Below, piece by piece: positions 40,259 through 53,043 of a DNA stretch of 64,000 bases. The DNA is taken from positions 18,290,001 to 18,354,000 of the forward strand of contig JBHGNT010000012.1 of NCBI GenBank assembly GCA_043228905.1, given 5' to 3'. The translations under genes were made by a program, and so were the position numbers. The notes beneath the pieces are model-generated. The model did no database searches. It saw only the letters and a program-made list of their open reading frames with translations, and was not told the DNA's origin. The stretch is from Azolla caroliniana. Its lineage: Eukaryota > Plantae > Polypodiophyta. The stretch's first letter is position 1; every line of letters starts with the position of its first letter.

Positions 40259-42299
40259 TATCAACCCATGGGGAAGAAAGACAATTGACTTGAGTATGAC
40301 CACGTCAAATACTAATGATGACGTGGAAGATCAAAATGAGATTCATGCCATGAATAGAGAGATGAAGACAATCTAGTTGTCATAAATAATGTGTCTAAGG
40401 CCAATGAAAGTAAGGACGACCTAGTTTTTGGAAGGACAGAAACCTTTGACATAGATTTAGACATCCATATTCAAATTACCAAGGAGGAGGAGCAAGAATT
40501 AAACAAGGACAAGAATATCGTGATGTCATTGTGACATGTGTGAGGGGAGAAAAACACCGAAAGACAAGTTCATAATAGTTGAAGGTTCATAATGACTAAA
40601 TAACTAATAAAAGAATCAACAAAAAGACGAGGATCAAGTAAGCCAACAATTGAAAGCAATTGAGATGGCTAAATTTAACCACTTTAACAAAAGGACCAGA
40701 GTTTGAACCTCATTTGGGGCAACAAGAGAGACAAAGGTGATCTATAATGTACAAGATATAATAATGGGGTAGGCGGTAAAAAACTAATCAAGAAAGTACT
40801 TTTTGCAAAAGTCAATTGTCATCCAAGAGCAAGTGATGAGGGACATAACAAAAGGATGTTAAGTGCATAGCTATAATTTATCATACGATAGATTTTCTAT
40901 AGTTTTCCCTGATCTTATGATGACTATATGCACTTAATTCCAAAAGGAACAAAGAATGAATTGAATTACAATTTTATAGTGTGAGATAGCTATTATGTGT
41001 GTTATCACTTGACCACTTCACATAAAGTAGTCAAAGCCTAGGGTTTCTACCTATATAAGAAGGCTAGTTATCTTCTCATCAAGGGAGGCTAGACTTATGT
41101 TGAAACTATGTCAGTGTGGCTATGGCTCTTGTTAGCTAATAAGGTAGACATGTTAATCCTCACAAAACCCAAGGTACGACTCACATCAACCCTCAATGGT
41201 ATGGGACATCAAGGAGGTTAGAGTTTGTCTCATGTCATTACTAGGGGGTGGTCAGGTGGCTCAACACCCCTGTTTCCTGTCGTTGGTCCATAATTCCTTA
41301 TGTTTTTCTTAAATAACTCGTTACACCACAACAAAAGAAAGTGTCTATTTTGGTAAGGGGTTCCTTGACAACGATAAATGGAGATGAGGCATCTAACAAA
41401 AGGAAGTTTCTATTTTGGTAAGAGGACTCTTCTTTAGGACCTAGGGTTTTGTGTGACATTATTGTGATATGCGTTGCAAAAGCTATAAGAAAGCGTAAGA
41501 TGAGGGAGATAAGCCTCCAAATTATTTTATGAGAGGTGTATTCTTATCTTATGCAAAGCATTTATACTTACGGCAAGGTATTCTTGCTCATATGCTATAA
41601 GAACATGTGTCACATTAATTTGTTTGAATTTTTGTTGAGATAGCTTAAAGTATTAACTTAGTATTTTTCCTCTTAAAATAGATTTCACACATGTCAAATA
41701 TAAAATGCATCCATGAAAAATTCATGGAGCTTCGCACATGGGCTTTATATTACCTAGAAGTTTATGAGCCAAATGTATGTGACTCGTGCAAACGACAACA
41801 CTTGGTGGATGTAGGGATTGCGCTACTTCCATAGATGATCACTCTCAACACACATGGGTCAACCTAATGCATATAATGAGTGAATTATTTATTCACTTAC
41901 AAATGTTCAAAATCTTTGTGAAGTTGAAAAGATCATATTGAAAGGTTGATCCAAAGTGCTTAATGAATTTCTGAAAGAATGATTGTACATTTTTTCTGGT
42001 TTTCTTGAATCTATTCTTATTTTGTTTCTTTATAAGCTCATTCAAAAAAACTTTAATGGGTCATTATTGCTTTCTCATTTAGGAGTTTTTTTAGCAATTA
42101 TATTAACATACTCTAATTGATCGAAATAAATATACAAAGTAACCATGTGCATTAATAGTATATGGAAATTATAATTCCATAAATGTTATAAGTTTGTTTA
42201 ACATAAAACATCTTTGTGTATATTATAATGCAATGACAATATGAAAAACCTTTGTTGTCCTACTACAATAGTGAGGATCTTATGGCAAATATCGCCTCT

Positions 42300-43650
42300 C
42301 TCTCTCCCCCCCCCCCCCCTCCCCATCTCTTTTACTTCTACATAAATAACGATGTATTAATTACAAAAGTTGAGTTACAATCGATGGAATATTATATCCT
42401 ATTGAATCACAATAAAATAAATCGGGGTTCCCATGACATCCCTCATCTCTAGATGCATTGGTACGTGCCAATACAATCCCATGTAACAAAGGCCAATGCA
42501 AATGACAAACGCGATGACTTGCCAACCCACAAGCCCAAGTTGTATATATAAATTTCCAAATAGCCCTTCCAACTCCACAACTAATAATTTGATTTTGATT
42601 ATGTTCCTCTAAAACTATGTAAAACAATCACATTCCCGAAGCAATACCCTATCTATGCAAAGCAACTCTTAGAGGTAATCCATCTACAATGACCCTCCAA
42701 ATAAACACTTTATCAATGAAAAGAAGACAAGATTGCCACTCCATTTGTACCACAATTTGTCACCAAATATTGGATCTTGTGATTCCTCATTATTTATTAA
42801 CCTATTCTATCACCCATCCATGGATGCCTATCCATTATACTATAATAGTTACTAGGATCTTTAGCAACACAAAACCCCAACGGTGTTGTAAGTCTAAGTC
42901 ACATAAAGATATTCACTCAATGTTACTCCATGGAGACAATCAACCAAGAATCCAATTGTGTCGTAAACCTTGATGCCTATGATAAAAGACAATGAGGAGG
43001 GTAAAGTGTTGACTCCCTAAGTGAGCACACATTGTGCAATGTGAGCTTAATGATGCCAAGTGGCCTTAGAAATTGGGCAAGTGATTAGTATTTGTCATCC
43101 TCAATCATTGCATTGAAAATATATTTGCCATTTAAAATGCATTTGTGTTTTAAAGCCATTCAAAAACATGCCTCACCATTGCCCACTAAACAAACATTTT
43201 CATATGAAATGCAAGAGGAGATTTCAATCCTACATCCATAATTCAAAAGCACAGTTGTACACATTGGGTAGTGTACCATGTATCCAATACAATCACCAAT
43301 AACCAAGCTCTATCTTGAATCAACTTATGATAGACATCATTGGTAGGTAATAGACGTAACAATTTTTTGTTGGTGAATAACCAATGTTTTCATGGTTCAT
43401 TTGCTAACAATTTTGGAATAAGGGCAACAAGAATATGAAATATAGATCATTCTTGCCAAATACGATCATTTATGAAATCTAGTTCCCACTCTCTAAAGAG
43501 TCATGATTTGCTAGCATGACTCTAAAATAGCATTTAGCTCAATTGCCAAGCCAAGTTATGCCAATTGAATTCATACACTCTTTCTGTCTCAATGTTCCTT
43601 GTTTTTCCACCTTCTAGCTTGCTTTCCCCCATTTTCAACCCTAACCCATC
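42300..43650 (-). mobile_element. Highly eroded L1-like LINE remnant (boundaries approximate)
   Basis: Minus-strand peptide VLEEH...SCGVGRAIWKFIY resembles the zf-RVT region; little else is recognisable. Confidence 0.35.
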
Positions 43651-44987
43651 CCCACAAATACACATTTCTCAAGCATAATGTTATACACATTAGCGAAAAT
43701 GTTTCCCTTTTGATTTTGTAGATTATCTTTAACCCCTATAGAGGATATCACTGTAGTCTCATTTGCTAAAATTGGCATGATATCACTAGAGACTTCACAA
43801 TATACTAATATATATTTATTTCAAATTTGGGTTTAGACATACCAAATTCACAACTCTCATAATAATTTTTTATACAACATTTAGTTAGCCTTACATGCAC
43901 TAAATAATTGCAAGGTTTATGTCTAGAACATAATGTATATTTCTCTCTAGCTAATCATAGGTTAGCAATAGATAATGCCCATAAAACTTTTAACATAAGT
44001 TGGTCCTTTAATGTGCACGTGTTTGTGCTTGTAACACTCTCCAAAGGTATGTGGCATGCCTATGCTTGTCACATTGGTCAAAATAGTTGAATGTCAACGT
44101 TATTTTCTGCTACCATTTGTCTCCTAGTTGTATGTTAAATTCCCACTTTGTTATAGTGACAAGATTAGACTAGATATTTTTTCTCATCCATAGAGAGGCC
44201 AATATTGACCCATTGGAACAATCGATTACAATATCCTACTCTGGTAAGTATTGTTATCTATTTATAAACATTGAATGAAGTATGAGGTGCTACACTAAAA
44301 AACACAATCCTAATACACTTTAAAACACTCTGTTTTTCTTTTATCTTATTTTACATTATCTATTTAAAGAGAAAACTTTAGGAGTAAACATTAATTTTCT
44401 TACAATTCGAGAGTTTTATGGATTTTAATTAAGGTATAATTACCAATCTTTGACGATTTTTAAACAATCTAATGGTGGACCTATTTTCCATTGTGTCAAT
44501 GAGAATGGGTAGAGTCATGTCTTCGCTTATGCTACTGAATCATATTCTAAGTCACACTTTCGTATGAGTACCAACATTCATGCTTATCAAGCCCTTGACC
44601 ATAATTTACATGCTTACATCCCACCAGTGAGGGCACAAATTTAGTTGACAGGATCATAGAAAAAAAAACTTGCTCACAAGTACACACAAATTGGCCTTAG
44701 AAACTCTTTGTAATATGAATCAAGTAGAATGGGTCAAACTAACAAAAACAATCAATTTTTAGTCTAGTGTCGAACAAGAAAGCATTGTACGAGGGATAAG
44801 ACAAGCAACAATGTTTAACATCAAGTTTTGAGGAGGGCGGACTATGAACAATGAGACGATGACATTCATGGCGATGTTTGAGATGGTTGATGGTCAATCG
44901 CACGATGTCTAGGACAAGCCACGAGACAACCTCGTGTGTGGACACCCCCCAACACGCAACACGCACACATACATATATACATACACA

Positions 44988-45060
<73 letters not shown>

Positions 45061-45473
45061 ACGTCTTCTAGGACCAAATTTGGCCCATGAGACAATTGGT
45101 TACAACTAAATGGGATGTGTACCCAATCATCATATATATATATATATATATATAAGAGTTCTAGACTCTAGTATTGTACAAAAGATGTTATGATGTAACA
45201 TATTCTATAAAGGAGAGACTTTGAGCTAGGCCTAGTTTCATTTCCATATATGAGTCTCTCGAAAAGGAGTGGAGGTCAAAGGGTTTTGATATGGGTGAGG
45301 CCCATAGTCTCAAAGGCGGCTAACTCACATTCCCATATTTTCTTAATTGTTTCAGTACAACGAGTGACTTTGAGGCACGGTATCTGAGGGCATTGGTCGT
45401 TCTTTGGTTCTCTGCTTCAATAAGGGAGAGACTGAGTATTACAAGTGTGTCCACACTCATCGTCTCCTCTTGC

Positions 45474-45573
45474 NNNNNNNNNNNNNNNNNNNNNNNNNNN
45501 NNNNNNNNNNNNNNNNNNNNNNNNNNNNNNNNNNNNNNNNNNNNNNNNNNNNNNNNNNNNNNNNNNNNNNNNN
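45474..45573. other. Assembly gap (100 N)
   Basis: Run of exactly 100 n, a typical unknown-size scaffold gap. Confidence 0.98.
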
Positions 45574-46512
45574 ACCTCCGCTCGGAAATCATCGCGGACA
45601 ACCACCCATCAATCTGTCCGGACAACTACTATCCATCAAGCTCCCCCCAAGATCCGTACCACCAAAGGCTCTACTATCACCATTGCCAAAGGCCCTACCT
45701 CTTCCTATAGCCATCATGATCATGGATTTGTAAGGAAGCGGCCGATCGTGCGCGTGGTACGCGTCTTCGCCCCCAAGATCGTCACGGCTCATGCCGACAA
45801 CTTCCGGGCCGTCGTGCAGAGTCTCACCGGAAACCTCTCCCCCCTCCATACCATTTGTCTCCCCGCCTCCAATGCACCTTCGCCAGACTTGTCGGTCCAA
45901 TCTAGCCCCAATATGTCGCCCTTCACCTCCAACTATTCTATCCCTACTCCGTTGCCATCTCCGACTTCGCCACCATCTTCGATCATTTCCTCATTGTCTA
46001 TGTCATCATCTACATCTCCGACAAATCTAGCGACATGTGTGCCAAATTCGCATCCATCTTCGTCGTTGTTGTTGATAAATCCGGCCTCTTATTCTTCATC
46101 TCAAAATCATGGATCCAATATAATATCCCCATCCAATATATCCTCGCCTTCTCTTCATGATTCCTCTTCTTTCTCTAATCTCCTACTGTCCCATTTACAA
46201 ACACCATACATCCCAAGAGACTCCGAATCGTCATCATCATCTTCCACTAACTCCTTCCCCTTAGAAATCATCGACAATTGTTTTCCGACCATTTCTGACA
46301 GCATAGAGTACGATTCATTCGAAACACCCGCATTGCCCCAAGGCACCCCTAATCATGTGATCCACAATGACAATGAGCTCTATAGATTATATCCCAATGC
46401 TTACCCACTTCAATGCAATGTCAATCGACGCTTGCATGTTGAAGAGGACGAAACCTCATTGTTTAACGAGTTCGACACGATGTTGTCTTCCATTAAGTTG
46501 CCCAATTTCTAG
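45574..46512 (+). CDS. VQ motif-containing protein, 5'-partial (start hidden in the gap)
   Basis: Open frame from the gap to the stop at 46512 contains RVFAPKIVTAHADNFRAVVQSLTG (FxxhVQxLTG motif, 45802-45831), followed by a Ser/Pro-rich low-complexity region; intronless, as is typical of plant VQ genes. Confidence 0.85.
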   Translation, partial: TSARKSSRTTTHQSVRTTTIHQAPPKIRTTKGSTITIAKGPTSSYSHHDHGFVRKRPIVRVVRVFAPKIVTAHADNFRAVVQSLTGNLSPLHTICLPASNAPSPDLSVQSSPNMSPFTSNYSIPTPLPSPTSPPSSIISSLSMSSSTSPTNLATCVPNSHPSSSLLLINPASYSSSQNHGSNIISPSNISSPSLHDSSSFSNLLLSHLQTPYIPRDSESSSSSSTNSFPLEIIDNCFPTISDSIEYDSFETPALPQGTPNHVIHNDNELYRLYPNAYPLQCNVNRRLHVEEDETSLFNEFDTMLSSIKLPNF

Positions 46513-49500
46513 GGTTTCATTGGGAAGTTCATAGATTTACTTAGAAGCAACTAAGCTAGGAATCAGTATACATATATGTATGTAAAAGAAATAACTTACA
46601 ACAATCTTGGTTTAAATATTTAAAGCTATTTTTTCCACCTTTGTGGGGACATGATCAATCATAATTCATGATGATTTGTATCACTAGGCCATTAAAAGGA
46701 TGGCGTAATCTTACACCATGCAATAAGTTAAAGCATTGGTGGTGTTTATTAATGCAAATCAATAAATTACAATTTAATGGCTATAGAATAGTTTGCTTGC
46801 CACCTTGAAGTGTATTGCAAAGAAAGTATTTCATAAACTAAAATTTTTAAGTTCCGAAGGAAAATCTTTGTATCATAGAGAAAGGATCATTTGGTTATAT
46901 TAGCACACGAAAACGTCAAAAGATGTCAACAATAATTGGGATTTGGAATTCTAAATGTGATGAGACATTTGCGAATTAGGTGTACATTTTAGTGTCCCCT
47001 CATGTATGCACAACAACATATTATGAGAGCTCATTTCCGAAGGAAATTTGTATGAATCACTGATTAAAAACCTTGGAAATGGATTAAGAAACACTATGTG
47101 CTACAATTGTTCGAAGTTGGAGAATACCACTACAAGACCGAAGTCGAACGATATGGGAGTTCGAGAAACCAATTTAAGTGGATGTTTTGGGGGGGGGGGG
47201 GGGGGGGGGGGTGTTCAAATGTTGGATGACGTTGGATAACACATAATCTGAATCAAACTAGACGATGAATTGCTATGGGGTAAAGAGTTTTAGCAGGAGT
47301 GTTGGGTATGAGCAAGGGCCAAATAACTACATTCACACATGCGGTGAATAGAGTTGGGGTGCATTAAATGTGGTTTGATAGGTTACAACCCATTACTCTA
47401 GCAACCCACAATACATGAACGACCTCTTAAATACTATATAAAATTCCGAGACATTCACTCATATGAGTTACATACATCCACTGAGTTGGACTTATAGTAC
47501 ATGCCCACTAGTTACGACTATATGAGGTAGAGCTCTATAATATCAAGCCTAGGTCATAATTGCACTTGGATGCTTTACTATTCTTACGTATCTATCTCCA
47601 TTTTATCCATTGTTCACTTGTCAAGTATGTATATGTGTACTAGGTATCCTCTCGCCCCCGCAAATTAATGTGACATGTGTCTTGGTGTTTCATCCCCTAA
47701 CTTGTAAACCTAGGTCATTTAGAACCTTGAACCAACTTTGTCTTAAAAGAAAATAACAATTAACCGATGATGTTATCGTGGTGCGATTGTGTCACGAAGA
47801 GAAAATGGCCAAAATGATTGGACATGGGTTCGAGCCTTGCTTGCACCACATATACCAAACTTTTACCCCTTTGGAAAGACAAGAAAGGAAAATTATGACC
47901 AGTTTACATTTAGCTAGACACCCATGTCATGATAAGAATAGCAAATTCTAAGTTGCAAAAAGTGGAGAAATCCCCTAGGCCACTAAAAGAGGAGGCGCTA
48001 AGCTAATTTTGGAGGTCTAGTTTCTCTCATGCTCTGTCTTGTCTGTTTTCTTCTTTTAGGTTCTGGGCTCCTTGGAATTATATTGCCCACTTTTTGTAGG
48101 TTCTAAGGAGAAGTTTATTTTCTTTGGTTTTTCATCATCATCATAATCTTAACTTAGGATCTATTTGAGTAGGACATTAGAGAATATCATCTTCCACAAG
48201 ATGTGATTGGAGGCTGCAAAGCATTGAGAGAGGGCATACATTCCCTCTCCCATTTCCAATCTTATCGGCATTCAATCATTCTATCTAACCCACAATCTGA
48301 GCTTATTGCAATCCCAAGAATATATCTATAAGCATCATCTTCTCTACTTGTGTTCTTCTTGTATTTGGATGGAAATGGTTTCTTGGCCTTAATTCATGTG
48401 AGTTTGTGATGATTTGGGACCTTTAAATGTTGGATTCAAATTCTCTTGTCGATCCCGAGTGTAATGCCACACAACATGATCAATGATTCTATATAAGGGC
48501 ACAACATCAATGATGCCCAATTTTCCCATCTCCCCAATGACACCAAGAGTGATTCTCAACCAAGTGAGTGTAAGACACACATTGCTTAGTTTTACAACTT
48601 CCAAGTAAGCATTCTTTAAAGAAGATGTCCTCTCAATTTCATAGCCGGAGAAGTTTCGTATGAGCATATAAGCTATAGAGATAAATCATCATGCCCTACT
48701 ACTCATAGTTTCTCCAAGCTACATTGAAGTTGAAAATTTATGGAATTCGTGTGCTCGAAAGACATGCTAGCAACCATTGAACAAATATTTTGAAAGAAAC
48801 TTGGAATGTCAAGACGAGGTTTGCACCAAATTGCAAAAGCAATTCTTCATCAAGCTACACAACAAAGAGCAAGGAGATGAATTGCTTTTTGGGTCCATCT
48901 AGTTGGTTATGGAATGGCAATCCACATGGGATACGACATGTAACAATGGTGTTCTCACTATACCATTCCATACTTTCAATTGGCCAACTAAAAACCATGT
49001 AGAAGAACATAAAGTATTGCTTTTATACCAAGCCAATGTCATCAACTATACGTTGTTATATGACCTTTGAAGAAGCAGAAGCATGAGAATGGAAATGAAC
49101 CACCAACAAGAAGCCACGATGATCTTCTTCTTGTTGATAATCACAATGATGAACAAGAACAAGGTGGTGATGATGGTCATTAAGAAAAACAAACAACCAA
49201 ACTCTAAAACTAATGGACATACACCACACAATCTGGTAACATCAACATCTTTTCCTCACAACACGCCTTCCCCCTCATACACATCACCTTCTCATCTTCC
49301 AAAACATGTCACTAGAACCATGCTTATTAATAGTTCGAACCCATAGAATTTATGCTACCTACTTTAGAAATTCTACACCCTAATGCACAATATAAAGACA
49401 TCTTTCAGCTTTGTGAAAAAAATATCCTTCACTCCATTCTCCCATTAGTTGGCCAAGATTCACTCGTTGACATCCTATGATACCTTCAACCCACCACACT

Positions 49501-50410
49501 TATAAGCACACCCCTAGCCATAGGCACCTCCTCCCCCACACCTACATTCTCACTATCTCATGTGCACATACAAAACACACACCCCATCATGCTCACTTGA
49601 AAACACTCAAATGTAGAGGACCACATCTAGTAGAAGAACCCTTAGAAAATCTCTCCCAGTTAATCAACCAGCCACACATCTCCGACTTTACTAACTGCTA
49701 TTGTTACCCATAACAATATATGCTCCCACAACAACCCAACAACATAGAGTATTGAAAGCAAGTTGGTTTCGATGAAAAGTTCATTGATCTCCCGAATCAG
49801 ACATCCAGTGCTTGATGATTTCAACATGATAAAAAAGAAGAAAGTAGTTGTTTAATTGCCTCAACAACTAGGACACAAATTCAAACCTTTTCTCCCCTTA
49901 CTCAACACCCTTCCCCCCCAATGTCTTACCGATGAGCCAAAAGGGCAAAATAGAAACTCTACAAATTCATATACGTATAAAAGTACACACACACTTAAAC
50001 AATTTGTACTAAATATATAATTCTAACACCTAGATATTCAAGACACACAATTACGCCTTAAATCAAATGCACACACAAATACCTATTTACCCTTGGGCAT
50101 ACACATTTATGCAACTCATACACACATACATTTACATATCTGCATGAATTTTACACACGTCGCTAACCTTCGACACACACTCTTTCTGCATCTCCACATG
50201 AACCTACAATTTCGTTCAAGAAGCCCCAAGTTGAAGAGGTGCTATCACAACTACCATCTCACACAACTCTTCATCAACAAACCATCTCTCTAGTTCAAGT
50301 CCCTAATGGTGCCACTCAATTTCACACACAGGTAACTTTGCTATAACATTGCACATGAACGGATTTGGCATTCTTGAGGTAGCAATCTTGGGGTCCTTGA
50401 CAATCGTCAT

Positions 50411-50637
50411 TGTTAGAAAATAGTGCTCGGCCACAACTGAGTCTCAATCACACAATGGAAGAAACAGAAATAAGTTGACACAGAGTATTAATGTAGAAAC
50501 CCTAATAAGGAAAAACCACGGGAGTTCACAAAACTCCGAACAAGATCACTATAGGCAATAGGTATTACAATAAGAGTCTCAGAGGCAACGACCTCGAGCT
50601 TTGTATCTTCACCAAACGATAGTTACAACATAAACTA

Positions 50638-50672
<35 letters not shown>

Positions 50673-51763
50673 CCTTGAAGTTCCTTCAAATCATAGATGG
50701 AATGAATGTGCTACACGCTGCTTAGAGGCGGGCAAGCGAGCATATTATGCATTTGAGAACACATGCAATCTTGGAGATATTAAGTGTTGGGTCCTCAAGA
50801 AATATCTTTTCGACACTTTGGTGACACCGGTTCTTCTCTATGGGGTGGAAGTATGGGGCGGTAGCATCCCTAAATCTATGTGGAAAGAGTTTGAAAATGT
50901 CCAAAAGCATTTTCTTACCAAGTTTCTACAAGTTAAGAAACAAACGCCCTACACCCTCCTCCTCCTTGAGACGGGATCGCTTCCCATTGAGATCATGGCC
51001 ATGGAAAGGGTTGTTGAATACATGCTTAAGGTTCAAAAAAGTCCCTCACATCAACTTCCTAGAATTGCGTGGGAAGCAAGCAAAAAGATCCAAAAGACGC
51101 ATAAAAGCAAAATTTTGTGTTCCGGTTGGATGCAAGATATAGAAAAATGGTTTGGTAGATGGGATGCGAGACACTTGCTTCATGATGCATCATTAGATTC
51201 CTCTGTAAATGAGGCATTTTTGCAACGCCAATGTATCATGACATGGGACAAATGTGGAGGCTCACGCTTCACACATTATACTACACATGTTGCACCTAAC
51301 TACAAAACCATATTCTTTGCGGAACGGGGAAATCGTACACATCCATACATGTTAGAGCCCGTACCGTTATCTGCCATTCGAACCATTGCTTCCATGCGAC
51401 TTAGCTCACATGCATTGCGATGTGAAACAGGGCGTTGGGGTACAAGTGATGAGAGTGGTCGGCTATGCACACTTTGCCCTAAACAAGTTTGCGAGTCTGA
51501 GTATCACACTTTGATACAATGCTCTGCCTTTGATCATATTCGACCATGCTTTCCACATCTCTTCGATCGAGCCCAATCTTTGCATGAATTCCTCTCACAA
51601 CCACAATGTGCACTCTCGATTGCAACATTCATTGGTAAAGTTCTTGAACATCGAGAGTCACTACTCACTTTCACACGTATCACGTGAAATGTAATATTTT
51701 TGGTCTCATAGGTCATATTTGATCTCCGAAGACGATAATATAATCTATCTATCTATCTATCTA

Positions 51764-51843
<80 letters not shown>

Positions 51844-52106
51844 TACAACAACAAGAATGACAACTACATCACTAAAACAATATTGCCCTAGTTATATTTA
51901 TACTTATATAACTTTGAGGTTATTTACAAATATGACCTCAAACAGTCACATCGGAACATATACATATACTAATGTGTCTGGCAGGATACCAACCAGATCC
52001 ATCCAATTTGGTTTCCGAATATCTTCTTGTTCCTTCCTTCGGATCGTCCAATCTGGCTCGTTCGGTTCTCATCTGAATCCCATTCAAAGGGAATGAATTC
52101 CCAACA
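50411..52106 (-). mobile_element. Solo LTR related to 39350-40258, interrupted by a LINE
   Basis: TGTTAGAAA...TTCCCAACA termini; TSD GTCAT/ATCAT; on the minus strand it shares CGAGGTCGTTGCCTCT, GTGGTTTTTCC, ATATTTGTAAATA and GTATAAATAT..CTAGGGCAA blocks with the 39350 LTR. Confidence 0.75.
50670..51770 (+). mobile_element. 5'-truncated RTEX/CR1-like LINE with intact 3' ORF segment (50818-51687) and (TATC)n tail, inserted in a (TC)n tract
   Basis: Peptide VTPVLLYGVEVWG ... RLSSHALRCETGRW...RLCTLCPKQVCESEYHTLIQC (post-RT C-terminus typical of RTEX/CR1-group LINEs); flanked by (TC)n on both sides. Confidence 0.85.
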
Positions 52107-53043
52107 ATCATTGCCATCTCCACCTCCTCAACAACCTCATCATCCATGATAATGACTACCACTTCCACATCTCAAAGTTCATGTACCAATGCGTACCCTC
52201 TACCTCACCCACTTTGGTTGCACATGGACAATATAAAACATTATTGGTAGCACAAAGTGGTTTCCTTACACTATGGAAGGACCAAGGTCTAATTGTTTAT
52301 TCATCCTAGCAAACCTTTTTGAAATATGACTATCACATGAACTAGGCTATCTACTATCACCATGGTATCGATGAGTTTGATGTGAGGTAGTACATTTCCA
52401 ACTCTTCAACATCCATGTACTTTAGGTCATTGACCAATACCTATTGCCATAAACCTAGGTCTCCTCATCACATCAACAATAGGATATCTACTAGAGTAGT
52501 TTCTCCCTAGGGCCAATTTGGGAAGTCTAGGGGAACTCACCAAGTCTTGTAATCTACTCAAGTGTGAGATGTAGATATCAAGTCATACACCAATCACAAA
52601 ACTCAAAGAAATCAATTTGAGCTTCACCAAGGAACTGCCTCTTCTTTGATCTTGAAAGACCTACGATCAACATTGATCATCAAATGAATATAACTTATGA
52701 AAAATTACAAGAATATCGTAATGCCTTACGCTTGCATTACAAATATACAGAAATACTCTTATGTTACTTAAATTGCCTAAATAGATTGTTAAAATTCCAA
52801 AATACCTCATCATTAACAGGAATAGTTAGATTAACATTAATAATATGCTTATTAATGGCCTTATGAGTGTTAACCAAACCCAATTAGAAGGAGCAACATT
52901 AGGATCCCTAATTAACACTCATAATCATTAGATAGTGAGGAGCCACTTATAATCCCATCCTATTATTACTTCACGTCTAATGCATTAGTGGTAATTAGAC
53001 TTAATTTAAAAAGTAGAGTTTCCAAAAAAAAGCTACTTCCATT

